From Octopus sinensis (taxonomy: Eukaryota), in NCBI RefSeq assembly GCF_006345805.1, contig NC_043001.1, positions 103,106,001 through 103,170,000 on the forward strand: 64,000 nucleotides of DNA, written 5' to 3'. A program made the position numbers and the translations under genes. The number at the start of each line of letters is the position of its first letter. The first letter of the stretch is position 1. Shown in pieces: positions 13,340 through 25,989 of this stretch. The notes under the pieces were generated by a model. It was not told the DNA's origin, did not search any database, and worked only from the letters and a program-made list of their open reading frames with translations.

Positions 13340-13690
13340 TTGGGTTGTCCGGAAAGTTCATGCCAATTTTTAAAGGAAAGAAAAAGGTCAAGAAATACTT
13401 GCCGTTACATTTTTAATCAACCAAATCTGAATCATTTTGTTGCACTGCGTCTCCATCTTTCCTTTAATTTGAAAATAGCCTCTTCCCAGAAATGAGGTGG
13501 TTTCATGGCAAAGGATTCATCAAGGTATCTTTTTACGTCATCTAAGGAATTGAAATTTTTACCATTAAGACTAATCTGCAGAGACCTGAATAATTGGAAA
13601 TCCGAAGGAGCAATATCTGGTGAATATCGAGGATGGGGTAACACATCCCTGCTGAGCTGTAGCAATTTTTGTTTGGTTCCCAAAGCATCC
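13340..13690 (-). mobile_element. Mariner transposase 3' fragment with terminal inverted repeat
   Basis: VLPHPRYSPDIAPSDFQLFRSL (YSPDLAP motif); TA-TTGGGTTGTCCGGAAAGTT end. Confidence 0.9.
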
Positions 13691-13852
13691 CTTCAAGGCA
13701 TTGCCCCAGCATGACCGCAGTCTGGTGATTAAGACAAGTGAAAAATACAAAAATACATTTGTTACGTATATTTATCTCCGTTTGGTTGTAAAAGAAGCAT
13801 TGCTCAATCGGGCTTTATGACTGTAAGTAATATCTATTTTCATATTTTGAAG

Positions 13853-13983
13853 ATTCATGGAATTTTCCTGAATTAAAACCAGAGTTTTCCGCTTTTGTGA
13901 TGGTAAAATTCGAAGAAGTAGATGGAATCATTGTAAATGATTATGTTGATTTCCACACAAGCCCTACCTATAAAAATATACAG
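13853..13983 (+). CDS. Exon: DSWNFPELKPEFSAFVMVKFEEVDGIIVNDYVDFHTSPTYKNIQ
   Basis: ttttgaag| ... cag|gtgaga; phase 1-0. Confidence 0.85.
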
Positions 13984-14097
13984 GTGAGATAAACAAAATA
14001 TATAATTTCTGAAGTAAATCTGGAATTTTCCATGAAGGAATTAATATTTTAAAAGGTTTTATGTTAAAAAAGGTGACATTTTATGGGACACATAGTG

Positions 14098-14129
<32 letters not shown>

Positions 14130-14711
14130 GTTTAATGTCCGTTTTCCATGCTAGCATGGGTTGGATGGTTCGACTGGGGTCTGGGAAGCCAGGAAGCTGC
14201 ACTAGACTCCAGTCTGGTCTGGCAGTGTTTCTACAGCTGGATGCCTTTCCTAATGCCAACCACTCCGTGAGTGTAGTGGGTGCTTTTTACGTGCCACCGG
14301 CACAGCTGCCAGGCAAGGCTGGCAACAGCCACGATCAGTTGGTGCTTTTTACGTGCCACCGGCACTGGTATCACAACTACAATTTCCATTGATTTTTGAT
14401 CGATTTCGATTTCATTTTATATAAATAACCTGTTTCTTCAATATTTATGACTGACTTAGTAATTTCTGCATTCTTCTTTTGAAAAAGTGCCTTAGAAGCG
14501 AAGCAGGCAGATTCTGCAGCTCAGTTTCAATTCCTGTTTTTGGTAACTTCTCTTCTAGATCTTGCTGTGCTTAACTTGTTGTAAAGTTAGCTGTGATAGA
14601 TCCATGTATTGATGTCCAGGCTGGTGGTATTAATACCGTGGAACCCTTGTTATCTAGAGAAGTAATTTTAAAAGAAAACTTGATATGATAATTTCTGATT
14701 TTTGATTTTAG

Positions 14712-14831
14712 TTACCTTTTGGAACATTCTGTGAAAATATGAAATTTCGTAACGTATCCTTGCCTAAAATACCAGATGTCTTCGCCATGCACTATGAGAA
14801 AGTATTCCTAAAGGAGATAACTACCGAAAAG
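14712..14831 (+). CDS. Exon, repeat 1/2 junction: LPFGTFCENMKFRNVSLPKIPDVFAMHYEKVFLKEITTEK
   Basis: gattttag| ... aag|gtgaga; phase 0-0. Confidence 0.88.
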
Positions 14832-14895
14832 GTGAGACTGAACTCTTTAGATAAAAATGTAGGAAGTTGTTAATCTTACGCCTTTCTTGAGAAAA

Positions 14896-15112
14896 CAGTT
14901 CTATATTTAGGAGATGAGGAATTAATTACATTATTTACATTTGATGGATATTTCCCCAAGATACTTGATGAAGGCTGGGGCAGGTATATCAGCCATAGGC
15001 ATATGGCGTAGTGGTTAAGAGCGTGGGCTACTAACCCCAAGTTCCCAAGTTCAATTCCAGGCAGTGACCTGAATAATAATAATTTCAATAATAATAATAA
15101 TAATGATAATAA
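14896..15112. mobile_element. Rearranged pLTR module: inverted tail + partial hammerhead + complete tRNA-Ile-like head + (AAT)n
   Basis: Head 14998-15069 with A-box TGGCGTAGTGG and B-box GTTCAATTCC. Confidence 0.75.
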
Positions 15113-15935
15113 TATTCATCATCATCGTTTAACGTCCGTTTTCCATGCTAGCATGGGTTGGACAGTTCGACTGGGGTCTGGGAAGCCAGGAGGCTGCACC
15201 AGGCTCCAGTCTGATCTGGCAGTGTTTCTACAGCTGGATGCCCTTCCTAACGTCAACCACTCCATGAGTGTAGTTTGTGCTTTTTATGTGCCACTGGCAC
15301 AGGTGCCAGGGTAGGCTGGCAATGGCCACGATCGGTTGGTGCTTTTTACGTGTCACCGGCACGGAAGCCAGTCAAGGCGGCGCTGGCATCAGCCACGTAC
15401 GGATGGTGCATTTTATGTGCCACCGGCACAGGTATCATAACTACAATTTCCATTTGAGTTTTTGATGTTGATGGTTATTATTTTTTGATGTTGCTGTGTT
15501 TACATTGCCATATCTAAGTGGTTTGATAAAAGAGACCGACAGAGTAAGTACCAGGCTTAAAAAAATAACTGCCTGGCTCGATTCATTTGGCTAAAATTCT
15601 TCAGGGCTCTGCTGCAGTGTGGCCACAGTCCAGTAGCTGAAACAAGTAAATGATGGAAGAAAATTAAACATCAGACATTAACTCCTGCATCAACGATATA
15701 ACTTCATACAATTATTCAGAGTAAATACCATTTTACTTTTTGTAGGAAGATAATTTTAAAGATAGACTCAATGTAGATTGATCTCAAATGAAATAAAATG
15801 GATGTTTTATTGATGGGGAACCATTGTAATTGTGTAAGTTCTGTATTATTAGTTCAGCATTTCAAAAACGATTTATAATTACTTTTTGCAGATAATATAT
15901 AACAATCGTTTATTTTTGTTTCTACTCTTCTACAG

Positions 15936-16032
15936 TTAACATTTGACCTGAACAAGAAATATGTTTTGTATGAAATAGAAAACCAAAATGTCTCCCATGG
16001 TGCCAATATAATCATATATGACTACTACACGG
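15936..16032 (+). CDS. Exon: LTFDLNKKYVLYEIENQNVSHGANIIIYDYYT
   Basis: ttctacag| ... acgg|gtaaga; phase 0-1. Confidence 0.88.
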
Positions 16033-16109
16033 GTAAGATAGTAAATATTTATGACAAGTTTTAAAGTTTCTCAGATATGATGTATATATGTTACGCAGGG
16101 TGTGCTAAG

Positions 16110-16975
16110 CAGTGATGTGTCTAAATGCAATGTTATTATCAGTTCAGATACTTCAGCCACCGTTCCCTGTGTTTTGTCATGGAGAAAATTTCGTACTGTA
16201 GACAAATGGTGCAAATACACCTAAATCAGCTCACAGCGCCACCTATCCAGACTGTAAAATGCAAGCATTTCGGAGTTGTTATATCCTGAGCTGGCAGACA
16301 CGTTAGTGCACCGGGCGAAATACTTAGCAGTATTTTGTCTGTCGTTACGTTCTGAGTTCAAATTCTGCCGAGGTCGACTTTGACTTTCATCCTTTCGAGG
16401 TCAATAAATAAAGTACCAGTTTCATACTGGGGTCGATGTAATCGACTTAATCCCTTTGTCTATCCTTGTTTGTCCCCCCTATGTTTAGCCCCCTGTGGGC
16501 AATAAAGAAATATATATCCTCTTCAGTCACAGAGACCGGATGGTGACTTTGTGAGCTGATAAGGGAGACAATCTCTCTTAAGTCATTCCAGTTAACATAG
16601 GTCAGCTGGTAGTGCAGATCGACATGTCATTTATGCGTATCATCGCTTAGTGCTTCCAGCCCATAATTTAATCACGCCGAGCCATCAATTCGCATGACCA
16701 GCTTCCGTATGTTGACTGGAATAACAAAAGAGAAATTGTGTCTCTTGTCAGCTCACAGTGCCAACATTGGGTTTCTGGGTCTGAAAAGGAGATAACCACT
16801 CTGAAATGCTTACATCTCATAATCTGGATAGGTGGCTCAGTGATTTTGTTTTGCGTACATTTACACCATTTGTCTACAGTGGGAAATTTTCTCCATGACA
16901 AAACACAGGGAATGACTTGTTTATGAAGTTTGAATGTGTCACTGGCATATTTGAACTGGTAATAACATTTCAGAT
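16110..16975. repeat. Long foldback (inverted repeat) element, left arm interrupted by a SINE
   Basis: 16163-16287 + 16521-16620 is the reverse complement of about 16690-16915. Confidence 0.8.
16288..16512 (+). mobile_element. SINE family B with 8-bp TSD TATATCCT, inserted in a foldback element
   Basis: TATATCCT at 16280-16287 and 16513-16520. Confidence 0.88.
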
Positions 16976-17736
16976 GTATGTATGGTCTTATCTGCACCAT
17001 TATAAGGAAAATACGTTTAGCTCAAAAAAGTAATGGTCGTTACCACCTCAAAGCGATTGTTCCATACTGAACACTGTTACTACTCCTCTAAACAGCTGGT
17101 TAACGATACATGATCTGTGTCCGTTATATTGCAAACGAAGGAGCAAACAACTCCCATCTAGAACCGACAGGAATCAATAGACTAACTGGTTTCTGGTTAT
17201 AACCCTTCATCGGTACTGGTTATACCTATCTGCTAGACATGGCAGTCGTTAATCCTAGTTTGCAATATATAAATAACTAAACGACACACTCCCGCTGATC
17301 TTACATTCAGCCAAGTAGCTAGTTCTAAAATCTCTACATGAGATCAGCATCCATGCTGATTGGTGATAGAGTATGGGCAGATTTTTCAAATCCAATGAAT
17401 CCTTATACATTTATACAGTTAGGAAATTTTACAAATACACTTTTTCAAGGAGATATGATAAACCTGTTATAATGGGTAATACTACATGTACTTTTCATAT
17501 TTTTTATATTGTGATGTAATTCTTTGGACTAACAATGTTTGCAGCTGAAGAGAGCTTTAAACCATCTTTTATATCAATAATACACTGATATAATAACGGA
17601 TTGTTTATAAAGCTTGAAACATGTGTACCGCGATATCCCTTGTGTCTGTTTTTAATTTATATTTGATACATACTCTCTCACCTCTGCCAGTATCTGGCAT
17701 ATACAGGTGCTTACACTTATCAAGAATTCACTCTCA

Positions 17737-17776
<40 letters not shown>

Positions 17777-17780
<4 letters not shown>

Positions 17781-18069
17781 GCAGAAGAAAAATTCTAATG
17801 CCAGATACGCCGAAACAAAAAATTGTCGATAGCCATTAAATTTATGCGTCTCGAAACAAACTAATAGAAATCTCTAAAAAATTCGTTATTACCATATTGG
17901 TCCAATTTTGGGGTTAATTCACAAGAAATTTTCCCCTCTTCAGTGGCAAATACGCGAGATATAAATGAAATACTTACTCATACCCTTGTTTTGAGATGCA
18001 TAAATTTAATGGTTATCGACAATTTTTTGTTTCGGCGTATCTGGCATTAGAATTTTTCTTCTGCCCTTA
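17777..18069. repeat. MITE-like element with about 85-bp near-perfect TIRs
   Basis: TAAGGGCAGAAGAAAAATTCTAATGCCAGATACGCCGAAAC / reverse complement ending CTGCCCTTA. Confidence 0.85.
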
Positions 18070-18737
18070 TCTTGTAAATTATGTATAAATTTTCTTGAAA
18101 AAAATTTTATCCTATATTAATTATATATATATATATATATATATACTGGAAAATGTTCGAGATCTTTGGTACTGTTAGCTTTATTTGAAAAACGAAAAAC
18201 GAATAACTTCATTGGTAGTTCTAATCAGTTTGATTCACTATTTTTTAATTTCACACTTTACTTCATGTACTTCATCTATGAACTAAAGTGTAAAATTTTT
18301 AAAATAATAAATTAAACGGATTAGAACTCGCAGTGAAGTTATTCTTCTTTCTTTTTCAAATATATACATATATATGAGTGAATGTGTGTGTGTGTGTTTG
18401 TCTCTCCCTACAATGGGTGTTGGTTTGTTTACATCCCTGTAACACTAGCAATTTGCCGAAAAAGAGCAATAGAGTAAATATCAAGCTTCAGAAAGTAAGT
18501 ACTGAGATTTATTCCTTCGATCAAAATTGTTCAAGGCGGTGCTACAGTATGGTCACAACTTAATGACTGAAACAAATAAAAGAATTCCACAACTTACAGG
18601 TGGAACCAGAAAATGAGTGAATTTTAAAATCGTTGGTTTTTATATATAATTTAACATAATTTAACATATTATGACAAGTTCTATGACCATTGAAGAATAT
18701 TTATTGTATGAATGCCGTTATGTTGATTTCATTACAG

Positions 18738-18898
18738 GTCACAAATACACAATTATTAAAGCAACAGGGCAATGCCAGAATGTTGAGATACTTCAGAATG
18801 GCGATCTGTTTGTGGAAGGATCTTCTTCAAAATTGAAAATGACTGATGCCTTAAGTTTCTTCTATCTGAAGAAATCCACCTTCGAATATATTGGAATG
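18738..18898 (+). CDS. Exon: GHKYTIIKATGQCQNVEILQNGDLFVEGSSSKLKMTDALSFFYLKKSTFEYIGM
   Basis: attacag| ... atg|gtatgt; phase 1-0; lies within ORF 18671-19036. Confidence 0.88.
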
Positions 18899-18927
18899 GT
18901 ATGTATTATGAAACATCAAATTCATGG

Positions 18928-19110
18928 TTCAGTTCTATATTTAAGAGATGAGGAATTATGTACATTATTTACATTATTTACATTCGACGGATATTTGTCC
19001 TCATCTTGTTTATTATTAACACGATGTTTTGGCTGATATACCCTCCAGCCTTCATTAGGTGTCCTGGGGAAGTTTCATACCTGGGTTCTCATTCCTAAGG
19101 TATTTTTCGA

Positions 19111-19197
<87 letters not shown>

Positions 19198-19307
19198 TCA
19201 GGTCGCTGCCTGGAATCGAACTTGGAATCTTGGGGTTAGTAGCCCACACTCTTAACCACTACGCTATATGCCCATGGGCATATGGCAAGTTCAATTCCAG
19301 GCAGTGA

Positions 19308-19364
<57 letters not shown>

Positions 19365-19438
19365 TATTAATAATAACAACAACATCAAAAAATACCTTAG
19401 GAATGAGAACCCAGGTTTGAAATTTCCCCAAGACACCA
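18928..19438. mobile_element. Full minus-strand tRNA-head/(AAT)n/hammerhead module head-to-head with a partial plus copy
   Basis: Minus 18928-19272 and plus 19277-19438; hammerhead core mutated (CTAATGA/AAAAC). Confidence 0.8.
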
Positions 19439-20352
19439 GGCACATCACTGAAGATGTGTCCAGATGCATATCATTGGTGTATGCACACAATGAGAACAGT
19501 GGTTCAAATGAAGGTCAATGAAAAAAAAAAAAAATCAAAAGTGAATTGTGTGATTCATAAGATATTCACATTTAAATCTGCCAGAAAATATTGACAATGT
19601 TATGGTGTGACGGCTGGTGGTGACTGGTTAAATTGGTGAATGGGAATATGTTTCTTGGGTTGCATTTAGAAGTAACTGAACAACACCCATGGACATTCAA
19701 CAGATGGTTTATTTGTCACACATAAAGACAAACTGTGTTAGTCTTTTACAGATAACAACAGCAATAATTCCATACTGGGAGAGAGATACTGATGCAGCAA
19801 CATTTGGCTTGCCCAACATAATTGGAAACAAATGTTCTATATTCATGGCAATGGAGGTTCTTGGTAATCTGTCTGAGCTGTTTGAATGGGCCATCTGGTG
19901 TGGCAAGGATGGGAACACATCTCACTGGGTTGCTTCAACATTCTGCAATTAATTACTGCCAAAAGAAGCCTTTTATAGAATTCAGGAAGGTTCTAGAAGA
20001 CAAAAACATGTGATGGCTTAACCCTGATTGGTTGCTCAATAGACCATTCACGTGAGACAGTCGTGATGCCTGACCGGTTTTCCAGGGATTTGCTTTTGAA
20101 TCTCCGCTACTATACGTTAAATAATTTTTATTTCATTTCTAAATATTCCTTTCATTTATTTGGAATTAAAAGCTTCATCCAGTTGTTTTAGAATGGGACA
20201 AAGGCAGTGAGACTTTGTAACATTGTTCCATTAACATTTGTCTCTTTCATCTTTATTTTTCTGGTCACTCCTTTCGATTAAATATTTCATCCCTTACTTT
20301 TAGCAATTTGTCTGAGATTTTAAACTTAGATGTAATATCCTTGTATTTTTAG

Positions 20353-20448
20353 CGTCAACTCCGTGGTGTCTTGTGTAATGTGTGGGCTGGATATCATTTT
20401 GACGAGGATTCCAGAGAAAACACCACTATAGAATGGTATTTTACGCAG
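20353..20448 (+). CDS. Exon: RQLRGVLCNVWAGYHFDEDSRENTTIEWYFTQ
   Basis: tatttttag| ... cag|gtaatt; phase 0-0. Confidence 0.9.
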
Positions 20449-20649
20449 GTAATTTTTGAAATTCAATAACAGGATTCAAATTCATTTTCAAATAGTCATT
20501 AAATGAGTTTGGAAAATAAATTATGTCCCCCCCCCCCAATATGTCCTAAGTTCAGTAAATTTATGCATTCACATGCATTGTTCTGAGCCATTCTTCAAAT
20601 ATGCAATGTTATGGAAAAATGTAGTTTATTTTCAAGTATATTCGATTAG

Positions 20650-20818
20650 CCACTACACACATTTTTTTCTCTCCTTGTTTTTTTTTTCTGTGTCCCTTTC
20701 TGTAGAAGAGCGTAGGCTCGAAACGTAAAAGACTTTTTTTCTATTCCTGAGCGTTATACTAATACATCTGTTTGTTTTGTACACCACCTGTCTTCGTCTT
20801 TTGTTTTTTTCGTAAACA
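20650..20818 (+). mobile_element. Second pLTR-like repeat with hammerhead-like motif at 20696-20731
   Basis: CTTT CTGTAGA A GAGC-GTAG-GCTC GAAA CGTA AAAG; core A6 is T. Confidence 0.55.
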
Positions 20819-21177
20819 AATAACTTGCTTATCTTCTGATGTAAAGGAAAACATAAGGTAAGTATCAAAGCCAGGTCAATATCAATAACTCAGAACAACA
20901 AATCAATCAATTGTTTAATCAACTAGATAAAAATTATGTGGCCAAGTAGAAATAAGGTATGGCTGTGTGGTAAGAAGCTTGCTTCCCAACCACATGGTTC
21001 CGGGTTCAGTCCCTCTGCAGTCCCTAAATGAGCTTTTCCGTTTCTTTTCGCCTTATATAATAATAATAATGAAATTATTATATACAGTGCCCAGGTGCAA
21101 GTGTCTTGTACTATAGCCCCTGGCCGACCAAAGTCTTGGGAATTGATTTGGTAGACGGAAATTGAAAGAAGCCAGTC

Positions 21178-21216
<39 letters not shown>

Positions 21217-21225
21217 AAACAATTG

Positions 21226-21478
21226 CAGCATGGAAGATGTTTATAAACCATTTAAAAACACACAAAAACCATTAAATTCACTTCAACATTAAAATTTAAT
21301 TTTTTATAATATTTTCATTGCTTTGAAATCGCAAACTGTTCACAGACAAAATTCTGTGAGTGACAGGTCATGGTTTCAAAGTGACGAAAATATTTTGACA
21401 AATTAAATTTAAATGTTGAAGTGAATATAATGGTTTTTGTGCGTTTTTAAATAGTTTATAAAAATCTCCCATGCTGCA
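21226..21478. repeat. About 250-bp imperfect palindrome; similar ones at 18185-18360, 21605-21850, 40776-40972, 10685-10820 and 50085-50270
   Basis: GCAGCATGG..TTCACTTCAACATT / AATGTTGAAGTGAA..CCATGCTGC. Confidence 0.75.
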
Positions 21479-21877
21479 ATTGTTTTCGTTCCTGCACACT
21501 AGATCGGATCAAGTCACTTGCTATGCAAGTACATCTCCCTATATATATTATGTTTATTAATTCATTTTGCAAGATTCCTGATGTGAAATCATGTAGAGAA
21601 ACAGATATTATTGTATTCACACATACTATATATCTTTTCTTCACTCGTTTATTACTGTTGTTAATTTATTATCTTAACTCATGCTCTTTGTCCGGAAAGT
21701 TTTGGTCACACATCTGTGACCTCTTCAGTGACACTTTTTTGTTTTCATGTGTGTTCTAGCTCCACTTACTCTATTGGAGTGAAATAATAAAATAAAAACA
21801 GCAATAAACGAGTGAGGGAAAAATATAATATAGTGCGTGTGTTTATTTTGTAAATAAAAAAATTACCATGCTGAAAT

Positions 21878-21923
<46 letters not shown>

Positions 21924-21926
21924 ATG

Positions 21927-21967
<41 letters not shown>

Positions 21968-22288
21968 CACACAACTTGCACATGCAAGTGCTACCAGTTG
22001 AGAACTGTGTATAGCAGAAGCTAGTAAGAAGTGTATGGGGTCATCAGGTGAGATTGCGTGCCATTTAGGTATATCAAATTCAACTTATGTTGAAAGTCAA
22101 GAAACAAAATTTGCTTTAGAAGCGTTATGCACTGGGGTCGATGTAATCAACTAGCCCCCTTCTCCCCAAATTTTCAAGGCCTTGAGCCTTGCGTAGAAGT
22201 GATTATCTCTAATTGCATTTATGGAATCTTATTATATTGTGAAGTCTTCAATGTTCTCTGTTTTGTTTTGTTTTTTTGTTTTTTTCAG

Positions 22289-22357
22289 AAAAATTGGACA
22301 GACAATATCGGTGAAACTGCTGAAAGATTTGTCATCTTCCGTATGGATGTTTGGATG
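22289..22357 (+). CDS. Exon: KNWTDNIGETAERFVIFRMDVWM
   Basis: Long pyrimidine tract tttcag| ... atg|gtgcgt; phase 0-0. Confidence 0.82.
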
Positions 22358-23043
22358 GTGCGTACATTTTGTATTTGATGTATTAACAAACTTCAATAAG
22401 TTATGAATTTATTTATCATTTGTGTTATTTTACTGGAAACTACATTTCTGAGCCTCCTATGTTTAAAGTTCGAATAAGAATCTAATTTCCACCTACGACC
22501 ATTTCGAATGATAAGACCAACATGTTACAAAGATTATAATTATTGTGTTTCTTACTCGTTGGTATTATCATTCAAAACGGTCGTAGGTGGAGATTAAATT
22601 CCAATTTGAACTTTAAACATCTTCTCTTCCCCGTTTTTCTAATTGTTAGTAGTGTTTTATATATAAGATTTTATCTTATACATGCCTATAATGAACTTTT
22701 TACTTGTTATCTTCATATTTTAAATGCCTGCTACAGCAGGCTATCATTTTGATATAATGAATATTTATTAGAAATATATTGTTTTGGACCCCACCAAAAG
22801 TTTGAATTGTTCTACTTGAGCTTATTCTTTCTTTTTTCTCTCTCTCTCTCACACACACACACATACATATATATGTGCATGTGTATATGTATGTATATAT
22901 AAGTGTGTATAACCATAGGTACATACTTATATATAAAAATAATTTATAGTCTACGGACAATTTTTACACATGCTGGCCACTGGTATAAATTATTATTTTA
23001 AATTATTTTTACCCTTAGTATATTTATATTTGTATGTGTATAT

Positions 23044-23079
<36 letters not shown>

Positions 23080-23080
<1 letters not shown>

Positions 23081-23297
23081 AAGTTAATCCAAACATGAAA
23101 ACACAAAGAGAAAACACAACAACTCGAGGACGTGGAACAAGTATAGTATTATTGGATGCTCAGGAAAGAAGGAAAAAAGGAGGATTTAACGTTTCGAGTG
23201 GAACTCTTTGTCAGAAACATAGGAAAGGGAAAGATCCAAAGAAGGGAAGATGGAAGAAAAAAAATCGCCAACGGTACACACGCGGTCACATTTTGAA
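23080..23297 (-). mobile_element. pLTR-like repeat inside (TA)n with hammerhead-like motif at 23184-23218
   Basis: Reverse complement: GTTT CTGACAA A GAGT-TCC-ACTC GAAA CGTT AAAT; downstream TTCCTGAGC..TAATAC shared with the 20650 element. Confidence 0.55.
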
Positions 23298-23298
23298 T

Positions 23299-23332
<34 letters not shown>

Positions 23333-23767
23333 TGACTGGCTATATCTATCTTTATCTATCTATCTATCTATCTACATATATATATATCTGAAAATAGAAT
23401 TAGATATTGTGTAGCGTGACAGCATATTTATGTTGATGAAGGTGGAGGAGAGCCATATGATCAAATATTATTGTATGAGCTTTTTCCTTTTACATTTCAT
23501 GTGAAGACAGATTGTTACATTAATATCAACATGTGGGACTTGAAAACATACACCAGGTATAAAAAATGACTTCAGGTCACATTGCTTTGAGTTTCCACTT
23601 TTCCAACTATCCTCCACAGTTCAGTGTCTCTTCTAGTTCGCTATATCACAATCTTTCTCTTTTTTGCATGGTGCTTCAACTCATCCTTATAATAAGCACG
23701 TCCACCACCAACAATATCCTCTCCGTTTATCAATTAAGTTAGAACCAAATTGTTATTTTTCTTGCAG

Positions 23768-23897
23768 CATGGTAATCCAGAAGCATATGTTTATAATATT
23801 TATCAGTTTGATACAGCACCTCCTTCTTGGTCTACTTTTGACATCACTCCATGTGCTAGTTATTCTGATAAAGTACATTTTACAATCCAGTTCCACG
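23768..23897 (+). CDS. Exon, repeat 2 end: [43 protein letters not shown]
   Basis: ttcttgcag| ... cacg|gtaagg; phase 0-1. Confidence 0.9.
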
Positions 23898-24270
23898 GTA
23901 AGGATTCAGTAGATCTTTTCTATTTCTCTGTCTATCTGTCCATTCGTCTGTTTTTCTGTCTGTCTGTTCATCTGCCAATCCACCCACCTGTCTGTCCGTC
24001 CGTCCGTCCGTCCGTCCGTCCGTCCGTCCGTCCATCCATCCATCCATCCATCCATCCATCCATCCATCCATCCATCCATCTATCCATCAGCTTCCTTGTC
24101 TGCCAGATTGTCTTTCTGTCTTTCTGTTTCTGCTTTTAGCTATAGCAATATGTATCACTGCTCAAATTGATGTTTATTTTAACTGTTAAACTAATTTCTT
24201 TCTCCTGCAGAGAAGGAAGAATGAGAGTATATGTCACAGCGTATTTTTAGAAAGGGAGGAAAAAAAGATG

Positions 24271-24325
<55 letters not shown>

Positions 24326-24482
24326 TGAAAAATTGATAGATAGACAGGTAGGTAGGTAGGTAGTGTTGTCATCATAGTAACTAATAAGTTTTGATTTAAA
24401 ATGTGGGAATTTTAAGTGCAAGTCTGTCAACACAATGCAACACACTTAAAAAAAATCTATATGTATATATATATATATATAT

Positions 24483-24866
24483 ACTAGCAGTATCGCCCGA
24501 CGTTGCTCAGGTTTGTAAGGGAAATAACTATAAAGCATTTTTAGAGAGTTATAGCCCAAAAATAGCAAAAAAATGGAAAAAAATGATGGTAAATTTTTTT
24601 TGAGAGTTAAAAAAGGTGGAGTTGCGTCCCCTAGACGGTCTGTGGTTTGTGTTTCTGATTCTCGACCCCATGTTGAATTTATCGATTTTTTTCAGAACTG
24701 GGGGAACTTTTCAAAATTTTTGCTGCGTTAGTTTTGAATTATGACATTGGGCTATGTGTGTGTCAAGTTTCATCAGAATCGGTTGAAAGCCGTGGTCAGG
24801 GTGAGGGTACGAGAAAACAGACACACAGAAAACGCACAGACAAACTGCCGTTTATATATAGAGAGA
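24483..24866 (+). mobile_element. Non-autonomous Helitron-like element; similar 3' end at about 12880-13025
   Basis: 5' ACTAG..CGCCCGACGTTGCTCAGG; AAGTTTCATCAGAATCGG; ACAGAC repeats; 3' TTTATATATAGA; sits in a TA run. Confidence 0.55.
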
Positions 24867-25989
24867 TATATATATACAAATGCCTGGTCCAATTGATTTG
24901 AGAATCACAGTCGCCCTTTGTTAGAGCTGCTTTCAGTGAACTAATCAAACGTTGCTGAGATGCCCAAACTGGTCTGTTGCTTTTTACTTGTTTCAGTCAT
25001 TTAACTGCGACCATGCTGGGGCACCACCTTGAAGAATGAATCAACCTCAGTACTTGTTCCTTCTTAACCCTGATACTTATTCTATCAGTCATTTTTGCTG
25101 ATCCATCCATCCATCCATCCATCCATCCAGACAGACAGACAGTAAGTCAGCCAGCCAGCTATTCATCTGTCTATCTCGTTACGTCTTTCATTGCTCAGTC
25201 AAAACTGGAAGAGCGGCTGACGTGAACTTTTGCAGGGCTTCTGAAGCTGGTGGGAGCTAGTCAAAATACTTGCTAAGTGAGTGGACTCTTCAAAAGCATC
25301 CAAGGGCGGCCACATGTTGGTGTTAAATTAAGCGACAGGAATCCTGTTGTATAACCGTAGTAAGTACAACCCACCTGAACAGTCTACCATACCCTTTATC
25401 ATCATCATCATCATCATCATCATTTAGCGTCCGCTTTCCATGCTAGCATGGGTTGGACGGGTCAACTGGGGTCTGTGAAGCTGGAAGGCTTCGTCAGGCC
25501 CAGTCAGATCTGGCAGTGTTTCTATGGCTGGATGCCCTTCCTAATGCCAACCACTCCGCGAGACAGACAGAGATGGCAAACGGCCACGAACGGACGGTGC
25601 TTTTACGTGTCCCCGGCACGGGGGCCAGCCGAGGTTTGCAACGAACACGAATGGATTGTGCTTTTACGTGCCACCGACACGGGGCCAGACAGAGCTGGCA
25701 AACAGCCACGAACGGATGGTGTTTTTACGTGTCACCGGCACGGGGGCCATCGAGGCTTTTCATTAACAAAACTTAATGCGACCAAAAGCATGATATCAAA
25801 AAGTACAATGTGGTGTGATAAAACCTGGAACAACATGTTTGCGAAGTAAACATTTTAATCACATCACAACACATGCTTTTAGTGTTTTTGGGGCAAGTTA
25901 TGTTTGTATTTAGCTCTGTGTTGCATTGAAACACTTGTCAATTGCAAAGTAACTCTGCTATCAACAACTGTAAACTTTCCTACTCTAAG

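Noticed and set aside
14998-15069. tRNA gene
   Set aside because: Acceptor stem does not pair, there is no T terminator, and it is part of a dispersed repeat.
15746-15832. Candidate exon (tgtag| ... |gtaagt)
   Set aside because: Stop codon in the required phase-0 frame; exon 15936-16032 fits instead.
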